Both the position numbers and the translations under genes were made by a program. The notes beneath the pieces are model-generated. The model saw nothing but the letters and a program-made list of their open reading frames with translations, was not told the origin of the DNA and made no database searches. Positions 1 through 10,448 of a stretch of DNA of 32,883 nucleotides are shown here, in pieces; within the stretch, counting starts at the first letter, position 1; each line of letters starts with the position of its first letter. This stretch comes from Tubiluchus corallicola (Eukaryota > Animalia > Priapulida): the NCBI GenBank assembly GCA_030141605.1, contig JAQGDQ010001600.1, forward strand, positions 1 through 32,883, given 5' to 3'.

Positions 1-330
1 GTAGCTGCAAACGCAGTAGGGAAGAGTGTGACGCTTTAAGATTCGATCAAGAACAATTAGCAGCCTGTTCTCATCAGACGTTGGGCTCTTGCAGACGTCC
101 CATCGAGTTTGCCGACGAGGTTGGTGCCAGCTGTAGCGCTGCCACTGGCGCTGCTGCTGCTGCCCAATGTAGCTGCAAACGCAGTAGGGAAGAGTGTGAC
201 GCTTTAAGATTCGATCAAGATCAATTAGCAGCCAGTTCTCATCAGACGTTGGGCTCTTGCAGACGTCCCATCGAGTTTGCCGACGAGGTTGACGGCAGCT
301 GTAGCGCTGCCACTGGCGCTGCTGCTGCTG
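1..330 (+). repeat. 168-bp tandem repeat, about 2 copies visible
   Basis: GTAGCTGCAAACGCAGTAGGG... starts at 1 and at 169; the copies differ by a few substitutions. The unit is 56 codons. Confidence 0.95.
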
Positions 331-586
331 GTGCTAGCATACTCAATGCTAATTGTCGTCACCGGTGCCGCCACCGCCACCACCGCCACCACCACCGTCG
401 AGATTACAGCAGCAGCACAATGTCAACGTTCGGGTCGCGTCTGCTAGCAATATGCCGCCACCGCTAACATCAACAACATCGACAGCAACAACAACAATAA
501 CGGCGTCATCAACGAGCATGGGTCCCCCACCCAACATCGTTTTTGTCAACCGGAAGAAAGCATCCGACCAGGATAAAGATAAATGA
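3..586 (+). CDS. 3' end of a hypothetical repetitive/low-complexity protein (56-aa repeats, possibly joined by a frameshift to a Pro/Thr-rich tail)
   Basis: Frame 3 is open from the window start to 467 across the repeat. Frame 2 (353-586) gives a poly-Pro/Thr-rich segment. AATAAA lies at 808-813. No recognisable domain. Confidence 0.3.
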
Positions 587-745
587 ATATTTTTTAAATA
601 GTAAAGGTACACCCCATCAGGATAAAGATAAATGAATATTTTAAAAAGTAAATACACTTCAGTCTCTGGCAATTTTAGTCTAATAGTAAAGCGCCTCAGT
701 TTTTTTTCTTTTTAGTCTAATAGTAAAGTGCCTCAGTTTTTTTCT
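569..745. repeat. Two adjacent short tandem duplications (~49 bp x2 and ~37 bp x2)
   Basis: CAGGATAAAGATAAATGAATATTTT at 569 and 618; TTTTAGTCTAATAGTAAAGYGCCTCAGTTTTTTT at 673 and 710. Confidence 0.9.
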
Positions 746-1087
746 CTTTGTACATCTAGTCTAGATAAAAGTAAAATTTTAAATACCCTATTGTCAAAAA
801 ATCTTTCAATAAAAATGTGGCTAATGCAACTTGTGAGTTTTTGGGATTATATATATATATCCTCACCTAAAAAAATACTGACTCGTTGAAATGCGTGCAG
901 ACTAGAAGGCTGCGGGCATTCAATTACCTAGACGGCAGCTGTCCTACTGTCTGCTTGCTGTACATTCCAACGGGCTTTTAAAAAACAGGTACACGCACTT
1001 AAATAGTCGCGGGTGTCATGTCTCGCAAGTCAATTAACGGATTAAGCCCTCATTAGCTAGGTAGTCGAGTCAATTACCGGATTAAGC

Positions 1088-1277
1088 AATAGACACGTGC
1101 CCGCCTTGGCGTCTGATCAGATGAGTGCATTCGTTGCGGGTTTAAACATGCGAGTTAGTACAGATAGAAAGATTTTTACAAAATAGACACGTGCCTGCCT
1201 TGGCACCTGATCAGATGAGTGTATTCGTTGCGGGTTTAAACATGCGAGTTAGTACAGATAGAAAGATTTTACAAAAT
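1088..1277. repeat. ~94-bp tandem duplication
   Basis: AATAGACACGTGCC...TACAGATAGAAAGATTTT starts at 1088 and at 1182, with few mismatches. Confidence 0.92.
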
Positions 1278-2009
1278 GAAAAGATAATTTTAACTAACAT
1301 TAGTTATTATTGTTCTGTCGGATAAAAAAGTGGATGACGACCAAAGATCAGACTCTGCTTTAGGTAATACCGCGTCATCATCATCTCGTCGTCATCATCA
1401 TCATCGTTGGATACAGTTGACAAAAAAATAAAGAAACCCAGAAATTAATCATGCTCGGCGACGCGTGAGTAGACTGTATGTTACACGTGGTAACGTTCGT
1501 GCTAATGGTCGGCCCGTGCTAACAATCGTGCTCGGCGGTGTGTGCGCGTGTGAGTAGACTGTATGTTGCACGATGCGACCGCATTGGATGGAGCGAAGGA
1601 GGCTTTTCGGCGACGGCATCCATCCATCCATCTCGGATAAAGGTAGGATAAAATTGTATCGCAACTTAGACGCGCATAAAAGAACATTCTAACCCGGATG
1701 AGGGTGGGGTAAAATTTTAAAAAATTGCATGGCAATTTAGACTCGCATAAAAGAACATCCTAGCCATTTAACGACGACGACGACGACGAGACTGTGCACT
1801 GCTGCACGTGGGTAGAGAAATCTTTGAGCGTAGCCACGCGCGCGACGGAGGGGTGGGTTGCAGGGGGGTGTCCCCGACCCCCGGGACGGACGTTTGCACG
1901 CGGCGGAGGGGTGGCAGGGGCTCCCCAATTAGCGCCAATTAGCACTAATTAGTCCTCGGCGGGAACTCCACTTCTCCCTTTTTCTTCGTTTGAGGCGCTT
2001 TTTACCTCG

Positions 2010-2077
2010 TTTCACACACTTTCACACGCTTTCACGCACTTTCACACGCTTTCACACACTTTCACACGCTTTCGCGC
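2010..2077. repeat. 10-bp tandem array (TTCACRCRCT) x6-7
   Basis: ttcacacact ttcacacgct ttcacgcact ttcacacgct ttcacacact ttcacacgct; degenerate units recur at ~2211 and 2281-2300. Confidence 0.92.
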
Positions 2078-3421
2078 GGTTTAAAATGGGGCGTCAAAAA
2101 AAGAAGTCATCTAGGGGTCAATGAACTTTGGTCACGTGACCTAGAGTTCAAGGTCATTCGATCCAAATGAAGCCATGCGGGAGGGGAAAAACTGCAAAAT
2201 TTTTACCTCGTTTCACACGCCTTTTCTTCGTTTTTCTTTGTTTTTCGCGCTTTTTCGTCGATTTCGGTCACGTGCGCACTTTCACACGGGTTTTCACACT
2301 TTTTTAGGGGTTTTCCCGGATTTTCGCACTTTTTAGGGGTGTTCCCCCCCCGGGCAGCCAAAGGAGGGGGGGGAAATCGGCCAGAGGTGTAACATCTATA
2401 CTACTTACGTGTTATGTTAGTTTCGTGTTTCGTAATGTTAAATGTATAAATAGTGTACACTATGTCATGTAAAATTTAATGTACTTTCGTATAATTGTTT
2501 TGTAAAAATATTTTAATATGGTGTTTGTAAATATGTTCATTTATTGTATATAGTTTTGCACTTTAGTTTTTTTTAGTATGCACTGGACGCATTTGTCTTG
2601 AACAGTGTGGTTGTTTTAACATTGCGCTGAGGCTAGCTCAATTTTATTGTAATGAGTGAGCCGTTTTTTATGACAAATAAAGAATTAATATATATATATA
2701 TATATGATACGTTATATCTCTTGACGGTGGTAAACACAGATAACTAGTGAACGTTTTTGACCGTTAAAACTGTGGTAACATTCTGTTTCTGTGACAAGCG
2801 ATGGTTTAAGTTACAGCTTTTGTTCATATTTACAAAAAATGTTTTGTCAAAATGAATAACAATATACATAAATAAAGTTGAGCTTGATATTAATAATTTC
2901 AATGAAACCGGAACTTATCACTTTGACCCGTATCCTGTTGGTCGAGGGTCAATCTAACACGGGTCAACGCACACCACGTACTTTGTTTCTTCGATACTTT
3001 TCACTCGATGTGCTGCAAGATACTAAAATTGGGATATCAATTTTAACCTGTGACCTTGGATCAACCAACCTGGGCGTAATAGACCATCTAATTCGTCTCA
3101 TCGACATCTTTCATTATGACAAGCCACTGTTATGCCACACTAAAAGCATCGGTGTCCTCGACGCCTCCCCCACCCCCCACGATTTCGGGTTCTTGCCGCC
3201 TAGCGAAAAAATTTTCCCTGCGTAAATGGCCCCTATTCAGACATGCACAAGATCTCAATCTCACTTAACCTTATCAAAAATGTGACCTTAACCCCCTACC
3301 TGGGAAGGGTGTCCGATGCGTTTGGTGAACATAGCCCTGTATCTTTTTGAGTTTTTAAAGAAACAAAAAGGCCACAAACGAATAAAAATAATAAATGATA
3401 AATAAATAAAAACCAGGGGTA

Positions 3422-3570
3422 AATGATGATGATGATAATGGTGGTGATGACGCCGGCGGCGGTGGTGGTGATTGTGATGATGATGATTGCGATGATTATG
3501 ACGAGGAGGAGGAGGAAAAGAAGGAAGAGGGTGTCATCGACGATAGCAACAACAAAAAGCACAATAATAA
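3422..3570. repeat. Degenerate trinucleotide low-complexity tract (GAT/GGT/GGC/GGA)
   Basis: Runs of atg/gat, ggt, ggc and gga triplets. Confidence 0.8.
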
Positions 3571-4375
3571 TTGGTTCCACAAATCGAGAAAAAAGGTTCT
3601 AAAACTCAGTTGGAAAGAATTTTAGAAAAACCTAATTTGTGAGTCATTTACAAACTGAGGCCGTATCAATTAATGTTTCGTACCAACTAATGACCATATC
3701 TCAGAATAATAGAGGATGTACTTTCTTAATTACTAATTTAGTTATTTTGTTTCAGCGTCAAAGCTCTAATGTCAATATGTCCTTTACGTGGATCAAATCA
3801 TAATAATTTGTAAAATCGATCACGAGTCGTAATGCAAGTGACCGTAGAAGTAGGGAGGGGGGGGTTATTTTTAACTGATGGAAAAGTAAAAAATATTAAT
3901 TCTGAATTCCAATACAAAAAGACGGAGAATGCACGTTCACACGGTAAGCTGTAAGAAACTTTATAAATAGGAATTGCTGTCTGGGTTTAAACACCCTCTC
4001 CTCCAAAATAGTGTATTTAAGATTTTAAGATTATATGAAATTATATAAGATTTTAGGTTAGCAGCAACACAAGCGACACTACTCAAATTACACCATTAAC
4101 TGTTTACAGTTGTTCTTTGCTTGCCTTGCAGAACTTGAAATGTAGCTGGCCTTGGACCCTGCTACAATTGACCTAATAGCGAGTTTGCTATGAGCATGAC
4201 TAACACAGGGCTGAAACAGCTTTTCATTCTAGATTCGGATTTGAGAGTCATATTAGGAGTGTTTGACGCTGTTGCTCGTGTTATAAGGGACTGTGTGAAT
4301 AACGCATTCATGAATTAGCAGACTCCGTGAAAGTATAATTATATGCACCATTCATAAGTACTGTTAATTTACATC

Positions 4376-5884
4376 ATGACAGCAACAAGTTCTGCGATGA
4401 CTGGTTTTGGCGATATGAGGGTGTGGCTGGTTCTATTTGTAACCGTGTGCCTTGTTTATTATCTGAAGTTAAGAAGACGGATTGCTCCTGGTTTATTCAG
4501 CTTTCCGCTGATTGGTAACTTGCCACAAATCTACTACCATTCTTTTAAGACGCCACTGTACAAATACTGCCAACAACTCGCAGAACAGTATGGACCTGTT
4601 ATTTCCATTGACTTTGGCGTGCGGACAACAGTTGTCATCAATAGCATTGAGGAAGCACTGGAAGCACTTGTTAAAAAGCAAAATGACTTTGCCGGACGAC
4701 CAGAAAGTTGGACCATGGATAAATTTTCAGAAGGCTACAAAGACATTGCAGCAGCAACATTTTCGCCGACTTGGCAAGTTCAAAGGAAACTTGGTCACAG
4801 CGCCTTTAGACACTTTGCTTCTAGAGATTCCTTAGTTCAAAGAATTCACTGTTGCTTCACTGACATTGTTACTGTTATAGATAGTCTGGAAAGCAAATTT
4901 AATCCAAGGGAGTACATTTACAACACGATGTACAACATTATCAATAGTATGACATTTGGAAACACTTTCGATTTTTCTGATGAGCAATTCAAAAAACTGC
5001 GAGCGACAGCTGAGAGAGTGAATGCTCTTATAGCTGCTGGCTTTGCTCCAGATTACATACCTTTTCTCAAGTATTTCCCTCGGACACCAGCACAAAAAGA
5101 ATTTTTGCAACTATTGGATTACGTATTCGAATATGGGTATACCCAGTTTCACGAACATGTGAAGACGTTTAATAAGGATAACATCAGAGACATTTGTGAT
5201 GATTTACTTCTAGCCAGAGAAGATGCCTCTAAAGAAGAAATAGCAGAATTAACAGATGCTCACCTAGTTAATATTTTACTTGATATATTTTTTGCTGGAA
5301 CCGATACCACGGCAATGACACTGCTGTGGGCATTTCTTTACATGACAGCTTATCCAGATGTGCAGAAGAAAGTGCAAGAAGAAGTTGATGATGTTATTGG
5401 GCATAGCAGATTGCCTAATTATGATGAAGACAAGCCGCGCCTGCCTTACTGTGATGCTGTAATTCACGAAGTTATGCGAATGAAACCCATCGCACCACTG
5501 GTTCTACCACATACTACAACAGTGGACACATCGGTAGGTGGCTACGCTATACCCAAAGATACTATGGTTATGGTAAATGTTTACAACATACACCACGATC
5601 CAAGCAAATGGGATGAACCTTATGCTTTTAAACCAGAGAGATTCCTGGATGATGAAGGAAAAATCAGAACAAAAATTCAGAGTTTCATGCCATTTTCCAC
5701 AGGGCGACGCGTGTGCATGGGTGAAAGCATTGCCAAGGTCGACATTTTTGTTATTTTTGTTTGCTTCATGCAACGGTACGACATGACTGTACCTCAAGGC
5801 GAAAAAGCAGATTTAGTAGAGAAACAGCAGCCACTTTTTATAGAACCAAAACCTTACAACATATTGATGAAAAAACGTTTCTGA
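4376..5884 (+). CDS. Cytochrome P450, CYP2 clan (CYP17A/CYP1-like), 502 aa, single coding exon
   Basis: N-terminal TM anchor, RRR, APG..FPLIGNL hinge, FAGRP, WxxxR (WQVQR), I-helix FFAGTDTT, ExxR (EVMR), KPERF and heme motif FSTGRRVCMG. The ORF is uninterrupted. Subfamily assignment is from motif resemblance only. Confidence 0.96.
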   Translation: MTATSSAMTGFGDMRVWLVLFVTVCLVYYLKLRRRIAPGLFSFPLIGNLPQIYYHSFKTPLYKYCQQLAEQYGPVISIDFGVRTTVVINSIEEALEALVKKQNDFAGRPESWTMDKFSEGYKDIAAATFSPTWQVQRKLGHSAFRHFASRDSLVQRIHCCFTDIVTVIDSLESKFNPREYIYNTMYNIINSMTFGNTFDFSDEQFKKLRATAERVNALIAAGFAPDYIPFLKYFPRTPAQKEFLQLLDYVFEYGYTQFHEHVKTFNKDNIRDICDDLLLAREDASKEEIAELTDAHLVNILLDIFFAGTDTTAMTLLWAFLYMTAYPDVQKKVQEEVDDVIGHSRLPNYDEDKPRLPYCDAVIHEVMRMKPIAPLVLPHTTTVDTSVGGYAIPKDTMVMVNVYNIHHDPSKWDEPYAFKPERFLDDEGKIRTKIQSFMPFSTGRRVCMGESIAKVDIFVIFVCFMQRYDMTVPQGEKADLVEKQQPLFIEPKPYNILMKKRF

Positions 5885-7117
5885 TCAGCGAATGATTGAT
5901 TGATGAATGTAAATATATAGCAACAATCGTTACTCACATATGTAACGTCTTTTAGTAATCAACTTAAAATTTTAAAGTTAAAAGACATCTATCAAATTGA
6001 ACTCGCAAAATTCACATACAAACAACAACAACACAATATGTTACCATCCTTGTTCAGAAATTACTACAATGCCATCCAACCACGACTACTCTAGTAGAGT
6101 TCCACATAAAAATACCCCTAGTCACAGAGCGATTTAATATGTAACGCTTAAAATTCACTCACATACCAGGGATCCCGGGTATGGAATTCATTCCTAACGG
6201 AAATAGAAAAAACATCATTAAACCACTCGATCAAAAATTATAAGTTTTACTTGTTGTAGATAGCTACACATAACTTTGCATGAAATTGCTTTGATACTAA
6301 CTCAGTATAATGATATTCCACTTGAGTTGATTTCACTGACATTGCTTAACTTGAAACAGGCGAAAATTAGTTATAGCACAAGCTAAAGTAGGTTAGCATA
6401 ATACTACAATTGTATTAGTTTGTATTCATTTACAAGTGTGTTTCCACTGTTACATGTTTTACTACTAAACGCAAGATAACCATATTAGTAAATGAACATT
6501 ATCATGAAATAGTTGCGTTGTACCTAGAAGAATATAACGTTCAATATATACTTGGATTTTCTTTTTCGAAAATAACATTTTTAACACCTAAACGCCATAA
6601 TAATATTTGCAGAAAGGTAAGTCGCAGTAGTATGTGTCTAGATTTTTTCTTAATTCTATTTTTATCATGTTACCATGTATAATGTTATTGGAACACATAA
6701 CATTATTTAACATTACATAATGTTATTTAGCCGTTCATATTGGCAGTATACTGTATCTACTGTGTCAAATTGCGAAAAGATTGTTAAAATTTTTGTATTG
6801 TATAAACACTTAAAATACTGTGTGTTAAAATCTTTGGCCATATTGAACATGTAATCACGTATTTCTAATTAGAGGCAAAATAGAATAAAAGCATTCGGTA
6901 TACGAAAAGATACTGATGTGGATAAAAATCCAACGTGTAAACTCGCTTATGAATTGCAGTGGTTTAATGGAATTGCATTACATAGATTTACAGAAAGTAT
7001 ACACAGCAAAAATTTAATTATACAAAGCAATAACAATGATAAAGCGACACATGACAGGATGATTTGTAAGTTGATCTTGCAAAATAAAACTTAGCGTGTT
7101 AAATCATTCTTTTGAAG

Positions 7118-9022
7118 TTAATTACAACTTTCGCCTATTTCCGTTTCCTCTGTTTTCTCAGCTGCAACTTTTTTAAGCAGCAGTATATCGCACTTGTCTA
7201 TTTGCAAGATTTTCGCAAGCGTGTCCAAGAAAGCCAGTTGCCTATGGCGGATGTAGTTGGCAGTTTTGTTATACATAATTAACAAGGCGCTGGGTTTACT
7301 TGGCAGCTGAGAAGGCGAAAGAACGTCAGTCACGTGATAGTTGGGATTGTTCAATTCTTCGCTAAGTTGGGCTTCAAGATCGGATACCCAAGCCAAGTTA
7401 ACATCTTGCCCTTCACCAAAGAAAGCTTTTAGTAATGAAATGGCCAAGCGTGTTTTCATGTGAAGTAAAGCAAATCTGGAAAGTGGGAAATTATTTCTAG
7501 AGAGTTTGCAAATTAACAAATCATTATTCTACGTATATATTAATACAACACCAATAATGCAACAGTAATAAAAAGAACAATAACATGGTAGTAAAGTTCT
7601 TAAATGAACAACAGATGGAGTTGCTCACTGAACATATGAACAGGAAATGAACATACGAGATGAAATAGAGTGATTATACCACACGCATTTAGAGCAAAGC
7701 TGTCTTGACAAAGCAACATATTCTTTAGCAGAAATCGTGAAGTGATAGAATTGGAATTACTTTGTTTCAACAGTTTCTGAATAATCATTTTTCTAATTGA
7801 AAATTAGCAACAACCAGATGAAAATTGGCATCAACAAAAAACCATCGTTAACTTAATTCAAATAAGGAGTCTAAATCAAAATGCTGTTTATTTTCCAATC
7901 CTACTAAATGATTTATAAAAAACTTAATGAAGTTAAATCCCACAATTCCATACTGTTTATTCAATGTCATTGTTACCATTGAAAATGGCGTGCTGTTAAC
8001 ATTGTTCTTTCCGTTCTTCGAAGTGAATAAGTCACCTAATCTGACCAGTCTGATTTGCAGGATTCTTGCCGCCTGCTTACGATGCAATGTGTTTCACTGT
8101 GAATTTTGGACGTATGCGTCTAACTCATGTGACACAATCGCACCGTGTAAATAGGACTTTAAGCTGATCTCGAAACAAGACTCGTATGACTTTCGTTAGT
8201 AACGGAACGTGTGCCGGAGAATATGCCAAGAACTTAGATTACTCATTATAATTTTACGCTAAATCTTTGCGGCATTTTCAATTCACAGGGAAACAGGTTT
8301 TATAAATTATAATTTTGGCTACAACAGCGTCACCATTTCCATTGTCAGATAGGATAATCTCAACCCAGATGGTCTTACCTTGGGGTAGTTGGGATCTGTA
8401 GGTACAAAGAAGCTTTGAGGAGAGCATTCTCGTTTGTCGCAATTTGCAGAAAATCCCAGTTCCTGTCATCATAGAATCGTAAATCATTTAGCTTTTGTTT
8501 CAAGTGTTTTGTTGATCGCTTCGATGTTTTATGACTTTTTCCAGCATTCGCAGCTGTAACTGTTTCGCTCTGTGATTTTCTTACTAGTCTTTCCAAACGT
8601 TCATTTGCTCTTTTGTATTCCTCATAAGTCACAGACTCCGAATGATTTCGGCGAGTTTTTCTTGGCGACACTAATGTTTTCAGCTGAGATTTTATACATG
8701 TCATGAAATTTTTCTGCAGTTCCTCGTCTCTTTTTAAACTAAGTAAATCCAACTTACTTTGACCGTCCAAATATTTGCTTTTTAACACATCATCTGTACT
8801 CGCACTAATTACAGGAATAAACTTTGTAAATTTGTGTTTACGATTTTCTCCGTTTCTGTCGAATTTTTTCGCTCTTCTTTCGTAACAAAAGTGCCGAGTT
8901 GGAGACTGAACTGACCGACTGAATGTTGTAGGTGTGACAGCTTGTTTAAAAGGCACAATGATGACCTCTTCCCTCCCATTTTCTGAGTAATTGAAAAACC
9001 TAACATAGTCACCGGATGCCAT
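7118..9022 (-). pseudogene. Possible decayed ~1.9-kb coding sequence of unknown family (or exons of an unrecognised gene)
   Basis: Collinear minus-strand ORFs: 9022-8375 (AAAATGG start, 215 aa from Met), 8487-8278, 8087-7848, 7788-7600 and 7519-7118. The frame upstream of 8087 continues to ~8280 through three isolated stops. No known motif recognised. Confidence 0.35.
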
Positions 9023-10247
9023 TTTTCTGTCTTTACGGTTACTAAGAGACCACACTTCATCTATATGTACTGTTAGTGACGTGTGCAACGTCTTGCCTAA
9101 ACCTTTTCAGAGTTTTCACATTTGTTATTTGCTGACAGTTGGAACCCTTATAAAGTATACGTCATTGTGCGAACGACATAAAAATAATTATTTTGCCTAA
9201 AAATTACTTATTAAACTCTTTCCCTTCTAAAAATCTATTAAAAGAATTATTATGCATTCTATCAGACACTCTGTAAGTCACTCATTTTACTGATAATTAT
9301 TTAATTGTTTAGGTGGTTTTAATTGCACTTGTTTGCTTGCTTACTTGTTTGTTATTTTCTTACTCACGTATAATTGTCTATTTGTTCCTTTACAGATTTA
9401 CTTATATTTATCTATCTGTTTATTTATTTATTGATTTATTTGTTTATATATGAGCCCAATATCTGCTCGCTAAGCTTTACATTCATGGAAGCCATTATTT
9501 TTTACCATTAAATTTACATATCGAAACACATGTGTCAGTATGATGTCGTCTTATCTACGACAATAAATTTGCATCTGCGACATATTTATTTATAGGGTAT
9601 CTGAGAAGTCACTGTAGACTTTATAATGATTTTACTATTTTGTTATCATTTTCTCATTTTTTAAACAAGCAAAGTAAAACCTATGACAATAAGATTAACT
9701 AAAACTTTTGAAGGTTATTTTGGGCAAAAAGGATGAAAATCTGAAATAAGACCAACTTGACACACCTAATTCCCTTCTGGAGAGAGAGGGGGAGCAGGTC
9801 AAACGCAAAAGATTCTTCATATTTCTTCTCTTTGGTCATTCTTTTCATTTTTACTATATTAACATACCAACCGGATTGGCCTTGAAATCGTTTGAAAGTC
9901 GTCAGCATAATCTATTAGAAAACGTTTTGTTTTGCAAGGTGCAATTTCTACCAGGCATTAGTTTAACTACTAAATTTAAGCATTACTAAAAACAGTAAAA
10001 TCTGACAATCAATATATTCAATAAATTGTTTGCACATGTAAATTCAAAATAGGTTTATATATTCAATATACTACAACGGCTTGTAAACAACACACTATAC
10101 ACAAATTAAGTTTACTTTTATGTAGGCTTTGGCTGACGTAGCTCATTTATAAAAAAATAGGAAGAACATTTTTCAATATATACATACATACTGTACATTA
10201 TAAAGGAAAACTCCATGTTCGTTGTTTCTCTATTCGTATTTAGCAAC

Positions 10248-10448
10248 TCAGTAGTTGGTTACTACTTCACTCATTGTAACATCCAATTCCGAGCTTGTGA
10301 TTGCTTGGCTTTCCACACTTTGCTTCTTGGTGACACTTTTAGCCCAGTCTTGCGTTTGGTCAGACAAGAAAATGATGTAGAAAGCTCCACCAGCAATCTG
10401 TATGGTGAATGATATCCAGAATACAATCTGCCACTCTTTCTGTGTTTG
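10248..10448 (-). CDS. SLC17-like last coding exon (QTQKEWQIVFW...VVTNY*)
   Basis: tttcag acceptor, 201 bp, TGA at 10250-10248. Confidence 0.9.
   Translation of the reverse strand, partial: QTQKEWQIVFWISFTIQIAGGAFYIIFLSDQTQDWAKSVTKKQSVESQAITSSELDVTMSEVVTNY

Larger units (their letters stand above)
1..2405. mobile_element. Probable terminal segment (TIR plus subterminal region) of a Polinton/Maverick element, truncated by the window start
   Basis: The GC-richer block ends sharply in ...GGTGTAACATCTATACTACT (2405); its reverse complement is AGTAGTATAGATG..., and AGTAGT is the typical Polinton terminus. Many short subterminal tandem repeats precede it and AT-rich DNA follows. No hallmark gene (pPolB, integrase, capsid) is in the window. 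Confidence 0.6.

Noticed and set aside
3296-3580. Hydrophobic 'membrane protein' ORFs (also 13180-13543)
   Set aside because: They are translations of low-complexity trinucleotide or A-rich tracts.
4493-5797. Short ORFs overlapping the P450 (likewise 18384-20716 over gag-pol)
   Set aside because: Antisense or alternate-frame shadows of real coding sequence.
6169-6189. Vector polylinker contamination (BamHI/SmaI/EcoRI sites close together)
   Set aside because: The BamHI and SmaI sites are part of a natural 22-bp palindrome and no vector-like sequence flanks them.
9868-9911. DYADD peptide on the minus strand, as an RT remnant or 44-bp mini-exon
   Set aside because: No other RT motifs surround it; AG/GT boundaries exist but no partner exons can be supported.
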